Shown here: positions 19,765 through 29,951 of the stretch, one piece after another | Layout of the letters: the number at the start of each line of letters is the position of its first letter | How positions within the stretch are numbered: the stretch's first letter is position 1 | Source of the DNA: an uncultured Chloroflexia bacterium | GTDB lineage: Bacteria; Chloroflexota; Limnocylindria; Limnocylindrales; CSP1-4 | DNA length: 64,000 bases | Assembly (NCBI GenBank): GCA_963713975.1 | Contig: OY970218.1 | Span: forward strand, 192,001 to 256,000 | Direction of reading: 5' to 3' | The notes under the pieces: generated by a model | The model's input: only the letters and a program-made list of their open reading frames with translations | Told to the model about the DNA's origin: nothing | Databases searched by the model: none | Position numbers and translations under genes: made by a program

Positions 19765-21909
19765 TCACGGTCGGTCCGCTCCTTCGTCCTCGGACGACTG
19801 CCCACCGGAAGGATCGGCAGGGGGTCCGTCCGGCGGGAGTGTAGCGTACGGCCCGCCCGGTGCCAGGCGGGTCGCGGCATGCCGGCGGCGGCGCACGAGG
19901 ATCAGGGCCCCCAGGAACACGACCGCGAAGAGGGCGCCGCCACCACCGATCGTGATCGCCCGGGTGCGACCGGCGGCGGGCGCCGCTTCCAGCAGGGTCA
20001 CCGCGTGGGATGCGGCGGACGTGGCTCCATCCAGGTCACCGTCCTCCCAGGCGGTCCGCGCCGTGTCCAGCGCGCCTGCCGGATCGGCCCCGTCCAGGCC
20101 AAGCTCGGTCAGCCAGTCACGCGGCGCGGCGACGACGTCACCGGCCGCCGCCACCTCGTCGAGAGAGGTGAGCATCGCACCCGCCCGGCCATCCACGGCG
20201 GCCAGCTCCGCGACGCTGCGCGACGCCTCGTAGCCCTGCTCCAGCCCGGGTGCGGGCTCCAGACCCTCGTCCACGGCCAGCGCATCGAGCCTGTCCCGCG
20301 AGTCGAGCACACCGGTCGCCTGGTCCATCGCGGCGGTCGCATCGGAGAACTGCCACGCGTCGAGCGCCATCCGGACCACGACAGGGGCGGCCCACGTCCC
20401 GCCCTCCGCGACCAGGTCCGCATAGACGGCCCGGGCCGTCGCGCGCGCCGGGAGGGTCCCTGCCGCGGTCTCCCCGAGGGCCCAGGTGGCCACCACGTCC
20501 GTGACACCCCGTCCGCCGCCCAGCTCCTCTGCGAGATCGACAAGACGGCGCCAGTCGTTGGGGAGCATCGTCCGCTCCGGCGTCGTCTCGCCCTGGTAGG
20601 CGGTCGCGTTGGCGGCGGCCGCGGCGAACACCTCGCGCATGCCGGGCTCGCCCACGAGGTTGACGATCCTGCGCATCACCTGCCACGAGGCGTCGTAGCC
20701 GTACTGCTCACGGGCATCGGCCGCAGCGTCGGCGATCGGCGCAGGCGGGGGCCAGGTCTCGAGCGGGAAGGCCGCCGGCGCACCACGGGTGACCCTGGCA
20801 GGGTCCGCAACCTTCCTGCCGAGGTCGCGGAGGACGCGCGCAGCGTACTCGTCCGCCAGCCCCTCGGTGATCCAGCGCTCGGCGAACAGCGCCTTGTTGA
20901 ACCACGCGTGCGATGCCTCGTGGACGATCGTCAGGTTGTCCAGGTCCTCGCTGATGGTGATCCGGTCGTTGGCCGGGTCATAGAACCCGGCGTACCCCTC
21001 CAGGAGCGGCGTGTGCACCTCGGACACCGTCAGCGGGCCGTCGACCGGCCAGGCGAGGCCGATCCGCTCGACGAGGCCCGGAACGCCGTCGCGCAACAGG
21101 GACCGCACGCGGTCCAGCCAGCGGGTGTCCTCCGGCCAGCCACGGATGACCACCTCCTCGCCCCCGGCGAGCGCGAGGCGATCCTGGGTGAGGGCGTCAT
21201 CGTTGGTGGCGTTCACCCAGGCGTACCAGTCGAGCGCCGAGCCGGTCCGTGCCTCGAGGACCTGCATGCCGTCGGTGCCGGGTCGGACCTCCATCGCATC
21301 CCCGGACAGGTCCACCCGGAACCCGGCCGGGATCTCCAGCCGGATCTCGCCACTGTCCCCGAACGTCCAGGCGACGAAGGTGGCGAACGCCGACCCGACA
21401 CGGGTCGCGCTGTCCGAGCGCGGCGCACCGCCGGGGAGGTCGAATGCAAGGCGGACCGTCGCCGTCTCGCCGACGTAGATCTTCTCCCGGAACCGGACGC
21501 TGACCAGGCGAAAGCCCTTGCGGGGCTCGGCATCGATAGCGACCGTCTTCCCGTCCTGGGTCGCGCGGAGGTGCTCGGCGTCCGGCTGCACGGCGAGGTT
21601 CACGGCATCGTAGTAGTACCGGGTGACGCGGCCGCCCCTGGTGACGTCGGGCTTCCGGTTCACGGCCGTGATGTCCACGGTCACGCGGACCCGGCCCCGA
21701 TCGGGCTGCAGCACGTAGCGTGCCGCCGAGGTGATGTCGACGCCGTCGGCCGCAAGGGTCGTGGCGGGACCCGGCAGAAACGGCGGTGGCGCGCCCGGAT
21801 CGACGGCCGGCAGGATGGCCCCCGCCGTGGTGACCAGCAGCGCAAGGACGGCGGCCGTCGCTGCGCGCCGTATCGTGCTGACGAGCGCGGCTGCGGGCGT
21901 CCGGTGCAT
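19765..21909 (-). CDS. Exported, C-terminally anchored gluzincin metallopeptidase-like protein (paralog A)
   Basis: Signal peptide, HEASH + WITEGLA motifs, C-terminal TM followed by RRRR. Confidence 0.75.
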   Translation of the reverse strand: MHRTPAAALVSTIRRAATAAVLALLVTTAGAILPAVDPGAPPPFLPGPATTLAADGVDITSAARYVLQPDRGRVRVTVDITAVNRKPDVTRGGRVTRYYYDAVNLAVQPDAEHLRATQDGKTVAIDAEPRKGFRLVSVRFREKIYVGETATVRLAFDLPGGAPRSDSATRVGSAFATFVAWTFGDSGEIRLEIPAGFRVDLSGDAMEVRPGTDGMQVLEARTGSALDWYAWVNATNDDALTQDRLALAGGEEVVIRGWPEDTRWLDRVRSLLRDGVPGLVERIGLAWPVDGPLTVSEVHTPLLEGYAGFYDPANDRITISEDLDNLTIVHEASHAWFNKALFAERWITEGLADEYAARVLRDLGRKVADPARVTRGAPAAFPLETWPPPAPIADAAADAREQYGYDASWQVMRRIVNLVGEPGMREVFAAAAANATAYQGETTPERTMLPNDWRRLVDLAEELGGGRGVTDVVATWALGETAAGTLPARATARAVYADLVAEGGTWAAPVVVRMALDAWQFSDATAAMDQATGVLDSRDRLDALAVDEGLEPAPGLEQGYEASRSVAELAAVDGRAGAMLTSLDEVAAAGDVVAAPRDWLTELGLDGADPAGALDTARTAWEDGDLDGATSAASHAVTLLEAAPAAGRTRAITIGGGGALFAVVFLGALILVRRRRHAATRLAPGGPYATLPPDGPPADPSGGQSSEDEGADRP

Positions 21910-21914
21910 GGGGA

Positions 21915-23987
21915 TCAGTCCGCGGCCGACGTCGCTCGCCGGCCCCTGCGAATGCTGCCGACGAGGGCCGCACCGAGGACGATGATGGAGGCGAGCACGG
22001 CAAGGGCCAGCAGGGCCCGGCGGCGACCTTCCGGCCATGCGGCGGTCCAGGCGCGGTATGCGTGGTTGGCCGCGGCCAGCGTGCCGTCGGTGTCGCCCGC
22101 CTCGAGCGCCACACCGGCCCGCACCAGGTCCTCCTCCGGCTGCTCGCCCAGCATGCCGATCCTGCTCAGGATGTCGTCGTCAGCCGAACGCGCGGCCGCT
22201 GCTTCCTCGATCGCTATCATCGCGTTCCGCTCAGCCTCGGCCTGCCCGCTGGCAGCCTCCATCGACCCCGCCTCGAACAGGCCCTGCATGGTGTCCGGGA
22301 GCGCGAAGCCATCGCGGTCCGCCATGGAGGCCAGTCCATTGCGCTGCGCCAGCACCGTGCGGGCGTCGGCCATCAGCTCCTCCGCGGCATCGAACTGCCA
22401 GGACCGCAGGGCGTCTCGGATCGAGCGAGGCAGGGCCCAGTCGCCGGCCAGCGCGAGCGTCCGCGCGTAGGACGACCTGGCCTCGGCGCGGGCGTCCAGC
22501 CGGGCCGCCTCATCCGGTCGCACCACCCAGGTGCGCCACAGGTCCGTGAGCTTCGAGCCAGACTCCGCCTCGAGCAGGTCGAGCAGGCCGCGCCAGTCGG
22601 GCGGGCCGGCCACGCCCTCGGCGGCGCTGGCCCCGGACGCAGGCGGCTGGTAGGCACCGACGCCGGCGGCCGCATCGGCCCAGGTTCGCGCGAGGGCCTC
22701 GGGCCCGACCACGTCGGCCACCGCGGTGGCGAACGCGAGGGAGGCGGCATAGCCGTAGGCGTCCGTCGCGGTGGTGTCGGAGGTCTTGCCGTCAACCACG
22801 CCGGTCGTCGCGCCCGCGGTCGTGTCGGCGGTCGTGCTGTGGACCCAGGCGTTGAGCGGGATCGCGGACCCCTTCACCGCCTTCGTCAGGACGGGCGCCT
22901 TCGCCGGTACCTCGAGGGCTGCCGCCGCACGGAGCGCGTAGTAGGAGGCGAAGCCCTCGTTCGCCCACCGGTCGGCAAGCAGGGAGCCGTTGAACCAGCC
23001 GTGGGCCGCCTCGTGGATCGTGAGCGCCGGGTCCGCCCAGTAGGCGACCTCGATGCGGTTCTCCGCAGGATCGAACACGGCCGCCGAGTCCCCCGAGTCG
23101 CCGCTCACCCCTTCGCGAACCACCATCGGCGTGTCGTGCGGCCAGTCGAGCCCGATCTCATCCCGCAGGACCGGCAGTGCGCGACCGAACAGCTCGCCGG
23201 TGCGCTTCGTCCAGCCCGGGTCGTCCTCCCAGGGCTGCAGCAGCAGATCGACCTGCTTCCCGCCGACATCGACCGCCAGGGCCTTCTCCTCGTATACCGC
23301 GGGCCGCTGCGCCGACACGTAGGCGAAGAACGAGAGCGGGCTCGCGAGGGACCCGGTGGCCAGCACGGTGCTGCCGTCGGTTCCGGTGGTCCGCCGGGCA
23401 AAGGATCCCGATTCCACCGCCGGATCCCATCCCGGGGGGATGCGCACGGTCACGGAGCTGCCGCGGGCGCCGTCGGAGGCATAGGCCCAGACGGGCAGCG
23501 CGATCAGGCTGGTCCCGACGCGGACCTGCGGGTTGGCGGCGCCGCCGTGGCCCGGCAGGTCGAAGGCCAGGCGGAAGGACGCGGACTTGCCGCCGTACAG
23601 GCGGGACCCGAAGTCGATCCGGAGCAGGGTAGCGTCCTTCGTCCGACTGGCAACCCGGACCCGGGCGCCCTTGGGTCCCGTGATCCTCGGGGAGGTGGCG
23701 CCGGCCTGGACAGCCAGGAACGCATGGTCGAAGAAGAACTTGCGCGTCCGCGTCTCGGACTTGCGGTTGTGCGCGGTGATGGCGACGCTCACGCTCGCCC
23801 GCTGGTCCGCGGGATGCACGTCATAGGTCGCCTGGGTGACCAGCGTGAGGTCCGGAGTGGCAGCGACGACCGGGGCAGGGCCCAGCGCCCCGCTGCCGGG
23901 GGCGGCGACGGCCAGCATGACCGCCACGGCCAGGCCCGCGAGCCACGGCCGAACCCTCCTGCGGAGCACGGGAGACGATGCCGTCAT
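21915..23987 (-). CDS. Exported, C-terminally anchored gluzincin metallopeptidase-like protein (paralog B)
   Basis: Signal peptide, HEAAH + WANEGFA motifs, C-terminal TM followed by RRGRR. Confidence 0.75.
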   Translation of the reverse strand: MTASSPVLRRRVRPWLAGLAVAVMLAVAAPGSGALGPAPVVAATPDLTLVTQATYDVHPADQRASVSVAITAHNRKSETRTRKFFFDHAFLAVQAGATSPRITGPKGARVRVASRTKDATLLRIDFGSRLYGGKSASFRLAFDLPGHGGAANPQVRVGTSLIALPVWAYASDGARGSSVTVRIPPGWDPAVESGSFARRTTGTDGSTVLATGSLASPLSFFAYVSAQRPAVYEEKALAVDVGGKQVDLLLQPWEDDPGWTKRTGELFGRALPVLRDEIGLDWPHDTPMVVREGVSGDSGDSAAVFDPAENRIEVAYWADPALTIHEAAHGWFNGSLLADRWANEGFASYYALRAAAALEVPAKAPVLTKAVKGSAIPLNAWVHSTTADTTAGATTGVVDGKTSDTTATDAYGYAASLAFATAVADVVGPEALARTWADAAAGVGAYQPPASGASAAEGVAGPPDWRGLLDLLEAESGSKLTDLWRTWVVRPDEAARLDARAEARSSYARTLALAGDWALPRSIRDALRSWQFDAAEELMADARTVLAQRNGLASMADRDGFALPDTMQGLFEAGSMEAASGQAEAERNAMIAIEEAAAARSADDDILSRIGMLGEQPEEDLVRAGVALEAGDTDGTLAAANHAYRAWTAAWPEGRRRALLALAVLASIIVLGAALVGSIRRGRRATSAAD

Positions 23988-24568
23988 GCCGACGCCGCAT
24001 CGGGCGCGGCCGACCCGGCCGGCACCCCGCCGTCCGCGGGCTCCAGCAGCTCCGCGAGTTCAGACGCGTACCGTGCCACCAGCCGCGGCCCAGGCCCGTC
24101 GGCCGCCCCGGCGGGGGGCGGGTCCAACGACCACCCACCGGCCTTGAGCCACTCCACGGTGTCGGCGTGGCAGCGGTCCGCGATCGCGATCGACCGGGCA
24201 AGTGCGAGACCCAGGGCGTCCCGACCGGCATCGCGCACCGGGATCTCCGCGACGAGGAGCGGCCGCTCGTCCTCGCCGACCGAGAACTTGGCGAACGGCA
24301 GCTCGTCGTTCCAGCGCAGCAACTTGCGGTAGGAGCGTCGGAAGCCGTCGTTGATCGGCGGTGCGAAGTGCGTCCAGCAGATGAGCGCCAGCGACGGATC
24401 CAGGATGACCGTGATCCGGAGGCGGGCACGCCGAACCCCATCGAGGACGAGGTCCCACGACGTGATGGTCTCGCGGTCGGCGCGCGCAGAGGGCGCCAGG
24501 CCGAGCTCGGCAAGCCAGGCCTCGACGTCGGTCGGGGCACACGCCGACGCCCGGGGGGCGGTGGACAT
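23984..24568 (-). CDS. YbjN-like (T3SS chaperone fold) protein
   Basis: YRKLLRWNDELPFAKF resembles the YbjN LLxxN...KF signature; ATGA overlap with downstream gene. Confidence 0.6.
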   Translation of the reverse strand: MSTAPRASACAPTDVEAWLAELGLAPSARADRETITSWDLVLDGVRRARLRITVILDPSLALICWTHFAPPINDGFRRSYRKLLRWNDELPFAKFSVGEDERPLLVAEIPVRDAGRDALGLALARSIAIADRCHADTVEWLKAGGWSLDPPPAGAADGPGPRLVARYASELAELLEPADGGVPAGSAAPDAASA

Positions 24569-24652
24569 GGCGGGCAGTCTACCGGAGGTGTCGTTCAGGC
24601 CCCGCCGGTGGCCTTGTGCGAGCGCGCCGCGTGGCGTGCCGGTACCGGCTCC

Positions 24653-25978
24653 CTACTCCGTGGCGGCCGTCGCGCGGTCAGGCGGCTCGCCGGCGCCGCG
24701 GTCCGGCACGGATCGCTTCGAGCGTGCCTTGGGGTCCACCGTGCCACCGGACCGGACCGTGCGGGACCCGTAGTCCGTCGACTTCACCCGCTCGCCCACC
24801 TTGACGTTGCGCCCGAGACGCGCGCCGCGAGGCACGATCGACTGCTTGCCGATCACCGTGATGCCCGTGTTGAGCCGGCCTGGCTCCTGCTTGTTGGGGG
24901 TGTCGAAGTCGGGGCCGTCGCCCACGATGGCGCCCTGCCCGACGACGATCTCCTTGTCCAGGATGGCGCGATCCACCACGGCCCCGGCGCCGATCACGGA
25001 GTCGAACATGACGATCGAATCACGAACCACCGCGCCCACGTCCACGCGCACCCCGGGCGAGAGCACGCTGTTGACGACGGTGCCGTTGATCACACAGCCG
25101 TGCGAGATCATGCTCCGGTGGATCTGGGCGGTCGCGCCGACCTTGGCCGGTGCCCGCTCCTCGGACCGGGTGTGGATCAGCCAGTCGCGGTCGTACAGGT
25201 CCAGCTCCGGCCGGTCCACCAGGAGCGCCATGTTGGCCTCCCAGTACGACTGGATCGTGCCCACGTCCTGCCAGTAGCCCTCGAACCGGTGCCCGTAGAC
25301 GCGCGCGCCACCGTCGAGCATCGCCGGGATCACGTCGCGCCCGAAGTCGCGCCGGTCGTCCGACAGCCAGCGCTGGAGCGCCCGCTTGGAGAACACGTAG
25401 ACGCCCATCGACGCGAGGTCGCTCTTGGGTTGCTTGGGCTTCTCCTGCCACTCGGTCACGCGATCCTGGTCGTCGAGCGCCAGGACGCCCATCCGGGTGG
25501 CCTCCGCAAGCGGCACCCGGCGGACCGCGATGGTCACGTCCGCCCGCCGACGGCGGTGCGCCGCCAGGAACGGCTGGTAGTCCATCTTGTAGATATGGTC
25601 GCCGGCGAGCACGAGGACGGCATCACCGCCCCGCTCCACCACGTTGAAGTTCTGGAGGACCGCGTCCGCGGTGCCGCCGTACCACTCGGCAACTCGCCCA
25701 CGCTTGATGTAGGGCTGCAGCATCCGGACGCCGCCCCGCGTGCGGTCGAGGTCCCACGCCCGACCGAGGCCGATGTGGTCGTTCAGCGAGCGGGGGTTGT
25801 ACTGGGTCAGCACGACCACGTTGTCGATCCCGGAGTTGACGCAGTTCGACAGCGTGAAGTCGATGATCCGGTACTTGCCGCCGAACGGGACCGCGGGCTT
25901 CGCGCGAACGGATGAGAGGATTGACAGCCGCTCACCTTCGCCACCGGCGAGGATGACAGCCAGGACCGGCTTCACCAA
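24653..25978 (-). CDS. glgC: Glucose-1-phosphate adenylyltransferase
   Basis: [47 protein letters not shown] motifs. Confidence 0.9.
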   Translation of the reverse strand: MVKPVLAVILAGGEGERLSILSSVRAKPAVPFGGKYRIIDFTLSNCVNSGIDNVVVLTQYNPRSLNDHIGLGRAWDLDRTRGGVRMLQPYIKRGRVAEWYGGTADAVLQNFNVVERGGDAVLVLAGDHIYKMDYQPFLAAHRRRRADVTIAVRRVPLAEATRMGVLALDDQDRVTEWQEKPKQPKSDLASMGVYVFSKRALQRWLSDDRRDFGRDVIPAMLDGGARVYGHRFEGYWQDVGTIQSYWEANMALLVDRPELDLYDRDWLIHTRSEERAPAKVGATAQIHRSMISHGCVINGTVVNSVLSPGVRVDVGAVVRDSIVMFDSVIGAGAVVDRAILDKEIVVGQGAIVGDGPDFDTPNKQEPGRLNTGITVIGKQSIVPRGARLGRNVKVGERVKSTDYGSRTVRSGGTVDPKARSKRSVPDRGAGEPPDRATAATE

Positions 25979-26070
25979 GCGTGGTTCCTCCTGGCGTGGG
26001 ATCTGATCGCCACGATCCTAGCAAAGGGTGGTGGCCGTCCGATCGCGGCCCGGTGAAGATGCCGGCCGCG

Positions 26071-27429
26071 CTAGGTGAACAGGCGCGGGTTCACGAAGGA
26101 GCCGTTGAACTGGACCATCCAGTGGAGGTGCGCCCCGGTGGAGTGGCCCGTGTTGCCCTCGTACCCGATCACCTGGCCCTTTCTGACGGACTGGCCCGCA
26201 TGGACCGGGTAGCGGGCCATCAGGTGGGCGTACCAGGTGGACAGGCCAGCCGAGTGGGCGATGATCACGATGAATGCGGGATCCGCGCCATCGGCATAGT
26301 TCCAGCCGACGTACACGACCCTCCCCGCCCCCGAGGCCCGGACGGGCGTCCCGTAGGCGGCCACCATGTCGATCCCGTTGTGCCAGTGGGCGCAGCCCCC
26401 GGAGGGCGGTTCCCAGGAGAAGCCCGTGCATCCGAAGTCCTGGGTGATGCTGCCGGACATCGGCCAGGCGAGCGATCCGTTGTACTGCGACGGGATGTTG
26501 CCGTGGCTGTACTGGGACGCAACGAGCCTGTCGATCTTGCGCTCCAGCTTCTTGCGGGCTGCGGCCGTCGCGGCGAGCGTCCGCTTGAGCTGGGCCTTGT
26601 TGGCGGCCATCCGGGCGTAGCTCGCCCGCTGGGCTGCGAGCGAGGACTTGGCGGCCTTCTCCAGGGCCTTCAGCTTCGTCTGCTGCTTGCGCAGCTCCGC
26701 CACCCGCCGGTCGAGCCGCTGCTTCTGGACCTCTGCCTGCTGGCGCAGCACGTCGGCCTGGCTCCGCGTCTCCTCCACCGTCCGGTGGAGCGCGAGGAGG
26801 GTCTCGCGGTCCCGTGCGATCCGCTGGGCGAGCGCACGATCCTGGTCGGCCGCATCCAGCTGCGTGCTCATCTCGGCCAGCAGGTCCGTGAACGTTGCAC
26901 CGGAGAGGAACGTCTCCAGCATCGATGTCCGCTCTGCCTCGTAGGCGACGCGGATCCGGTCCGCCAGCTCGGCCTTGCGCTCGAGCAGGTCCGCCTTCTT
27001 GAGGCCCTCCTGGACCTCGATCCGCTTCAGCTGCATGCCGAGGTCGGCAATGTCGGCAACCAGGGCGTTGTACTCCCCCTGGACCTCGGCAACGTCCGCC
27101 TCGAGCGCGTTGACGCGCTTTCGTGTTGCGGTCAGGTCCTGGCTGATGCCGGCCAGCTCGGATCGCGTCGCGGCGATCCGGCCCTCGAGGGAGTTCTGCG
27201 AGCTCGTGAGGCTCGCGACGCGGGCCTTCTGCAACTTGATCCTGCGGGCGAGGTCCTGCTGCTGCGCCCGAGCGTCAGACAGCTCGTCGCCGTGGACCGG
27301 GCCGGGAGCCACGACGGGCGCGGAAATCGCGCCGACCACGAAGGGGACGGCGAGCAGGGCCAGAAGAATCCGGTTCCGATGGCCCCGGCGGGACCTTGGG
27401 AAGTGCTGCGTGACGGAGTGGCGGGTCAA
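26071..27429 (-). CDS. Coiled-coil M23 peptidoglycan endopeptidase (EnvC/MepM-like)
   Basis: Signal peptide, long coiled coil, HNGID, YAHL, HLH motifs; TTG 27429 after GAGGA. Confidence 0.9.
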   Translation of the reverse strand: MTRHSVTQHFPRSRRGHRNRILLALLAVPFVVGAISAPVVAPGPVHGDELSDARAQQQDLARRIKLQKARVASLTSSQNSLEGRIAATRSELAGISQDLTATRKRVNALEADVAEVQGEYNALVADIADLGMQLKRIEVQEGLKKADLLERKAELADRIRVAYEAERTSMLETFLSGATFTDLLAEMSTQLDAADQDRALAQRIARDRETLLALHRTVEETRSQADVLRQQAEVQKQRLDRRVAELRKQQTKLKALEKAAKSSLAAQRASYARMAANKAQLKRTLAATAAARKKLERKIDRLVASQYSHGNIPSQYNGSLAWPMSGSITQDFGCTGFSWEPPSGGCAHWHNGIDMVAAYGTPVRASGAGRVVYVGWNYADGADPAFIVIIAHSAGLSTWYAHLMARYPVHAGQSVRKGQVIGYEGNTGHSTGAHLHWMVQFNGSFVNPRLFT

Positions 27430-27636
27430 CGAGCGGGCGTCCTCATCTCGGGCGGATGGTCGGCCGACCGGTCGCCGGATGGCGAAATCGAGCGGCGTCC
27501 TCACCCGCCGGACTGGCGCCGCCCCGGAGGGCACTCCCGAGACGACCTGAACCGGCGTTCGGCGCGAGTGTACCAAGAGCCTGCAAGGACTCCACGGGCC
27601 GTAGGGGCCGTTCTCGTGGCCCCCGCGGGCCGAGCC

Positions 27637-28275
27637 CTACTGGATCACCAGCACCGCCCAGATCGCCCCGATGATCAGGAACGGCCCATACGGCACATAG
27701 GTCCTGAGCGTGATCCGGCGCAGCAGGAGCAGCACCACCAGGACAACCCCGGCCAGAAGCGCTCCGTAGATGGCGCCGTAGACCATCCGCGCGGGCCCGG
27801 CCATCAGCCCCACCGAGACCAGCAGCTTGAGGTCGCCCTGGCCGATGGCCCCCGCACCAAACGGGATCGACACCAGCCACAGCAGCAGGGGAATGATGAT
27901 CGCGACGGCGATCGCGATCGGCAGCACCCCGGTTGGCACGAGCGGATTCGCCCCGGAGACGCAGAACACGAGGGCGAGCGGAATCGCGGGCAGCGTGATC
28001 ACGTCGGGCAGGAGCCGCTGGTCGAGATCCGTGGCCAGCAGCAGGACGAGCGCGAGCAGGTAGGCGCCGAAGACCAGGATCTCCACCGGCTCCGAGAAGC
28101 GCAGCGTGAGCCCGCCCATGGCCAGCGCCCCGACCACGACGACGACGGGCGTCCGCCAGTCGACCCTGCGGACGGACCCGTCCTCGTGCACCGGCCAGCG
28201 CGCGCCGATACGGTCCGCGGCGAGACCCCAGGCAGCTCCGAGGATGGCGAGCAGGATGGCGAGCGGCGTCAGCAC
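27637..28275 (-). CDS. A24 prepilin peptidase family protein
   Basis: TDLDQRLLPD, GQGDLKL, PYGPFL motifs. Confidence 0.9.
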   Translation of the reverse strand: MLTPLAILLAILGAAWGLAADRIGARWPVHEDGSVRRVDWRTPVVVVVGALAMGGLTLRFSEPVEILVFGAYLLALVLLLATDLDQRLLPDVITLPAIPLALVFCVSGANPLVPTGVLPIAIAVAIIIPLLLWLVSIPFGAGAIGQGDLKLLVSVGLMAGPARMVYGAIYGALLAGVVLVVLLLLRRITLRTYVPYGPFLIIGAIWAVLVIQ

Positions 28276-28317
28276 GGGCGGAGTCTACGGCGACCGGATC
28301 CCACGGCGGGCACCGGA

Positions 28318-29829
28318 TCAGGCCTCCGCCGCTCCCGCGAGGGCGAGCTCGACCAGCGTCGCATGCGTGACGCCCGTGGCGCCGCGCGGGGCGAACGGAT
28401 ACGTCTTCCGGAAGTAGGCGGTGCCGCCGATGTCGAGGTGGGCCCACGGCACAGTCCGGAACTGCTCGAGAAACAGGCCGCTCTTGACCAGCGATCCGTC
28501 GCTCGTGCCCGTGTTCTGGAAGTCGGCGTACCAGCTGTCCATCTCGGTCATGTAGTCCTGCACCAGCGGGAACCGCCAGTAGCGCTCGCCGGCACGCTCT
28601 GCCGCGGCCTCGATGGCACCCCACCACGGATCGGGGGTCGCGAACACGCCGGTGACCAGGTTGCCGATGGCCCGGCCCACGGCGCCGGTGAGCGTCGCGA
28701 CGTCCACCAGGTGGGTGGCCCCGAGCTGCTCGGCATAGGTGAGCGCGTCGCCCAGGATCAGGCGACCCTCGGCATCGGTGTTGATCAGGTCAACCCACTT
28801 GCCGTTGAGCGCCTTGATGATGTCGCCGGGCCGGGAGGCATGGCCACCGGGCATGTTCTCAACGGCCGGCGCGACCGCCAGGAGGGGCAGCCCGGGCGCG
28901 AGACGGGACGCGGTGGCGATGGCCGCGATCACGGTGCAGGCACCGGTCTTGTCCATCTTCATCTCTTCCATCCGGTCGGCCGGCTTGATGCTGATGCCAC
29001 CGGAGTCGAAGCAGACGCCCTTGCCGACCATCGCGAGATGGCGTCCCAGGGCATCCTTCTCGCCCTCGCCGCCGGAGCGCATGACGATCATCCGGGGCGG
29101 ATTGTCGCTCCCCTGCCCGACCGCCAGGAACATGCCCATGCCCAGCTCGGCGGCACGCCGCTCGTCGATGACGTCGATCCAGAGGCCGTGCTCCTCCGCG
29201 ATGGCCCGCGCCTCGTCGGCCAGGACCTGCGGCGTGATGTCGTTGGCGGCCCGGTTGGCGAGTCGGCGTGCCATGTTGGCGCCCTCGCCCATGATCCGCC
29301 CGCGCTCCGCGGCACGACCGAGGGCGGCGGCATCCGCACCCGGAGCGACCAGCACCAGCTCGTCGAGCTCCGGCGGTGCGGAATCGCTGTCGGCGCGATA
29401 GATCGTCTTGGGCTCGAAGCCGCCTTCGACGACGCCACGGGCGATCAGCTCCGCCACCAGCTCCGCGCCGCCATCGAGGTGTCCGGCGAGGGGCGACAGC
29501 CAGACGGCCATGGAACGCACCCTGCGGCCGATCAGGCGACGGATCGCACGGGCACCGATGTGGCGGGCGGTCTCGCGGTCGAACGCATCCGCGTCACCGG
29601 CCGCGACGACGAGCACCCGCCCGACGGGAAGCTCGCCCGGCGCGGCGAGTGCTGTGCCATAGCGCCGCTCCCGCAGCTCCCCGAACTCCGTGAGGGCGCG
29701 CAGCTCGCCCCCCATCCGCCGATCGAGGGCGTCGAGATCGCCCGCCAGATCGGGCTCGCCCACAACGGGGACGACCAGGAGGTCGGCCGCGACCTCCCAG
29801 GGCTGGTCCGTAGTCACGCGGATCTGCAC
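28318..29829 (-). CDS. pepA: Leucyl aminopeptidase (M17)
   Basis: VGKGVCFDSGG, MKMDKTG, NTDAEGRL, ATLTGA, HLDI motifs. Confidence 0.9.
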   Translation of the reverse strand: MQIRVTTDQPWEVAADLLVVPVVGEPDLAGDLDALDRRMGGELRALTEFGELRERRYGTALAAPGELPVGRVLVVAAGDADAFDRETARHIGARAIRRLIGRRVRSMAVWLSPLAGHLDGGAELVAELIARGVVEGGFEPKTIYRADSDSAPPELDELVLVAPGADAAALGRAAERGRIMGEGANMARRLANRAANDITPQVLADEARAIAEEHGLWIDVIDERRAAELGMGMFLAVGQGSDNPPRMIVMRSGGEGEKDALGRHLAMVGKGVCFDSGGISIKPADRMEEMKMDKTGACTVIAAIATASRLAPGLPLLAVAPAVENMPGGHASRPGDIIKALNGKWVDLINTDAEGRLILGDALTYAEQLGATHLVDVATLTGAVGRAIGNLVTGVFATPDPWWGAIEAAAERAGERYWRFPLVQDYMTEMDSWYADFQNTGTSDGSLVKSGLFLEQFRTVPWAHLDIGGTAYFRKTYPFAPRGATGVTHATLVELALAGAAEA

Positions 29830-29951
29830 GTAGAGACCTCCGGGTGCTCGCAGCCGAGCCGTGGGTGGCGCGGACAGGGTGCTCGAGCGGGCGTTGATCC
29901 CGAGTGTACCGAAGCCGATGGGGTCAGCCCGGCGTGGTCAGCCCGGCGGCG

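Noticed and set aside
27601-27626. GTAG-family REP element
   Set aside because: Single occurrence; adequately explained as the terminator of the A24 peptidase gene
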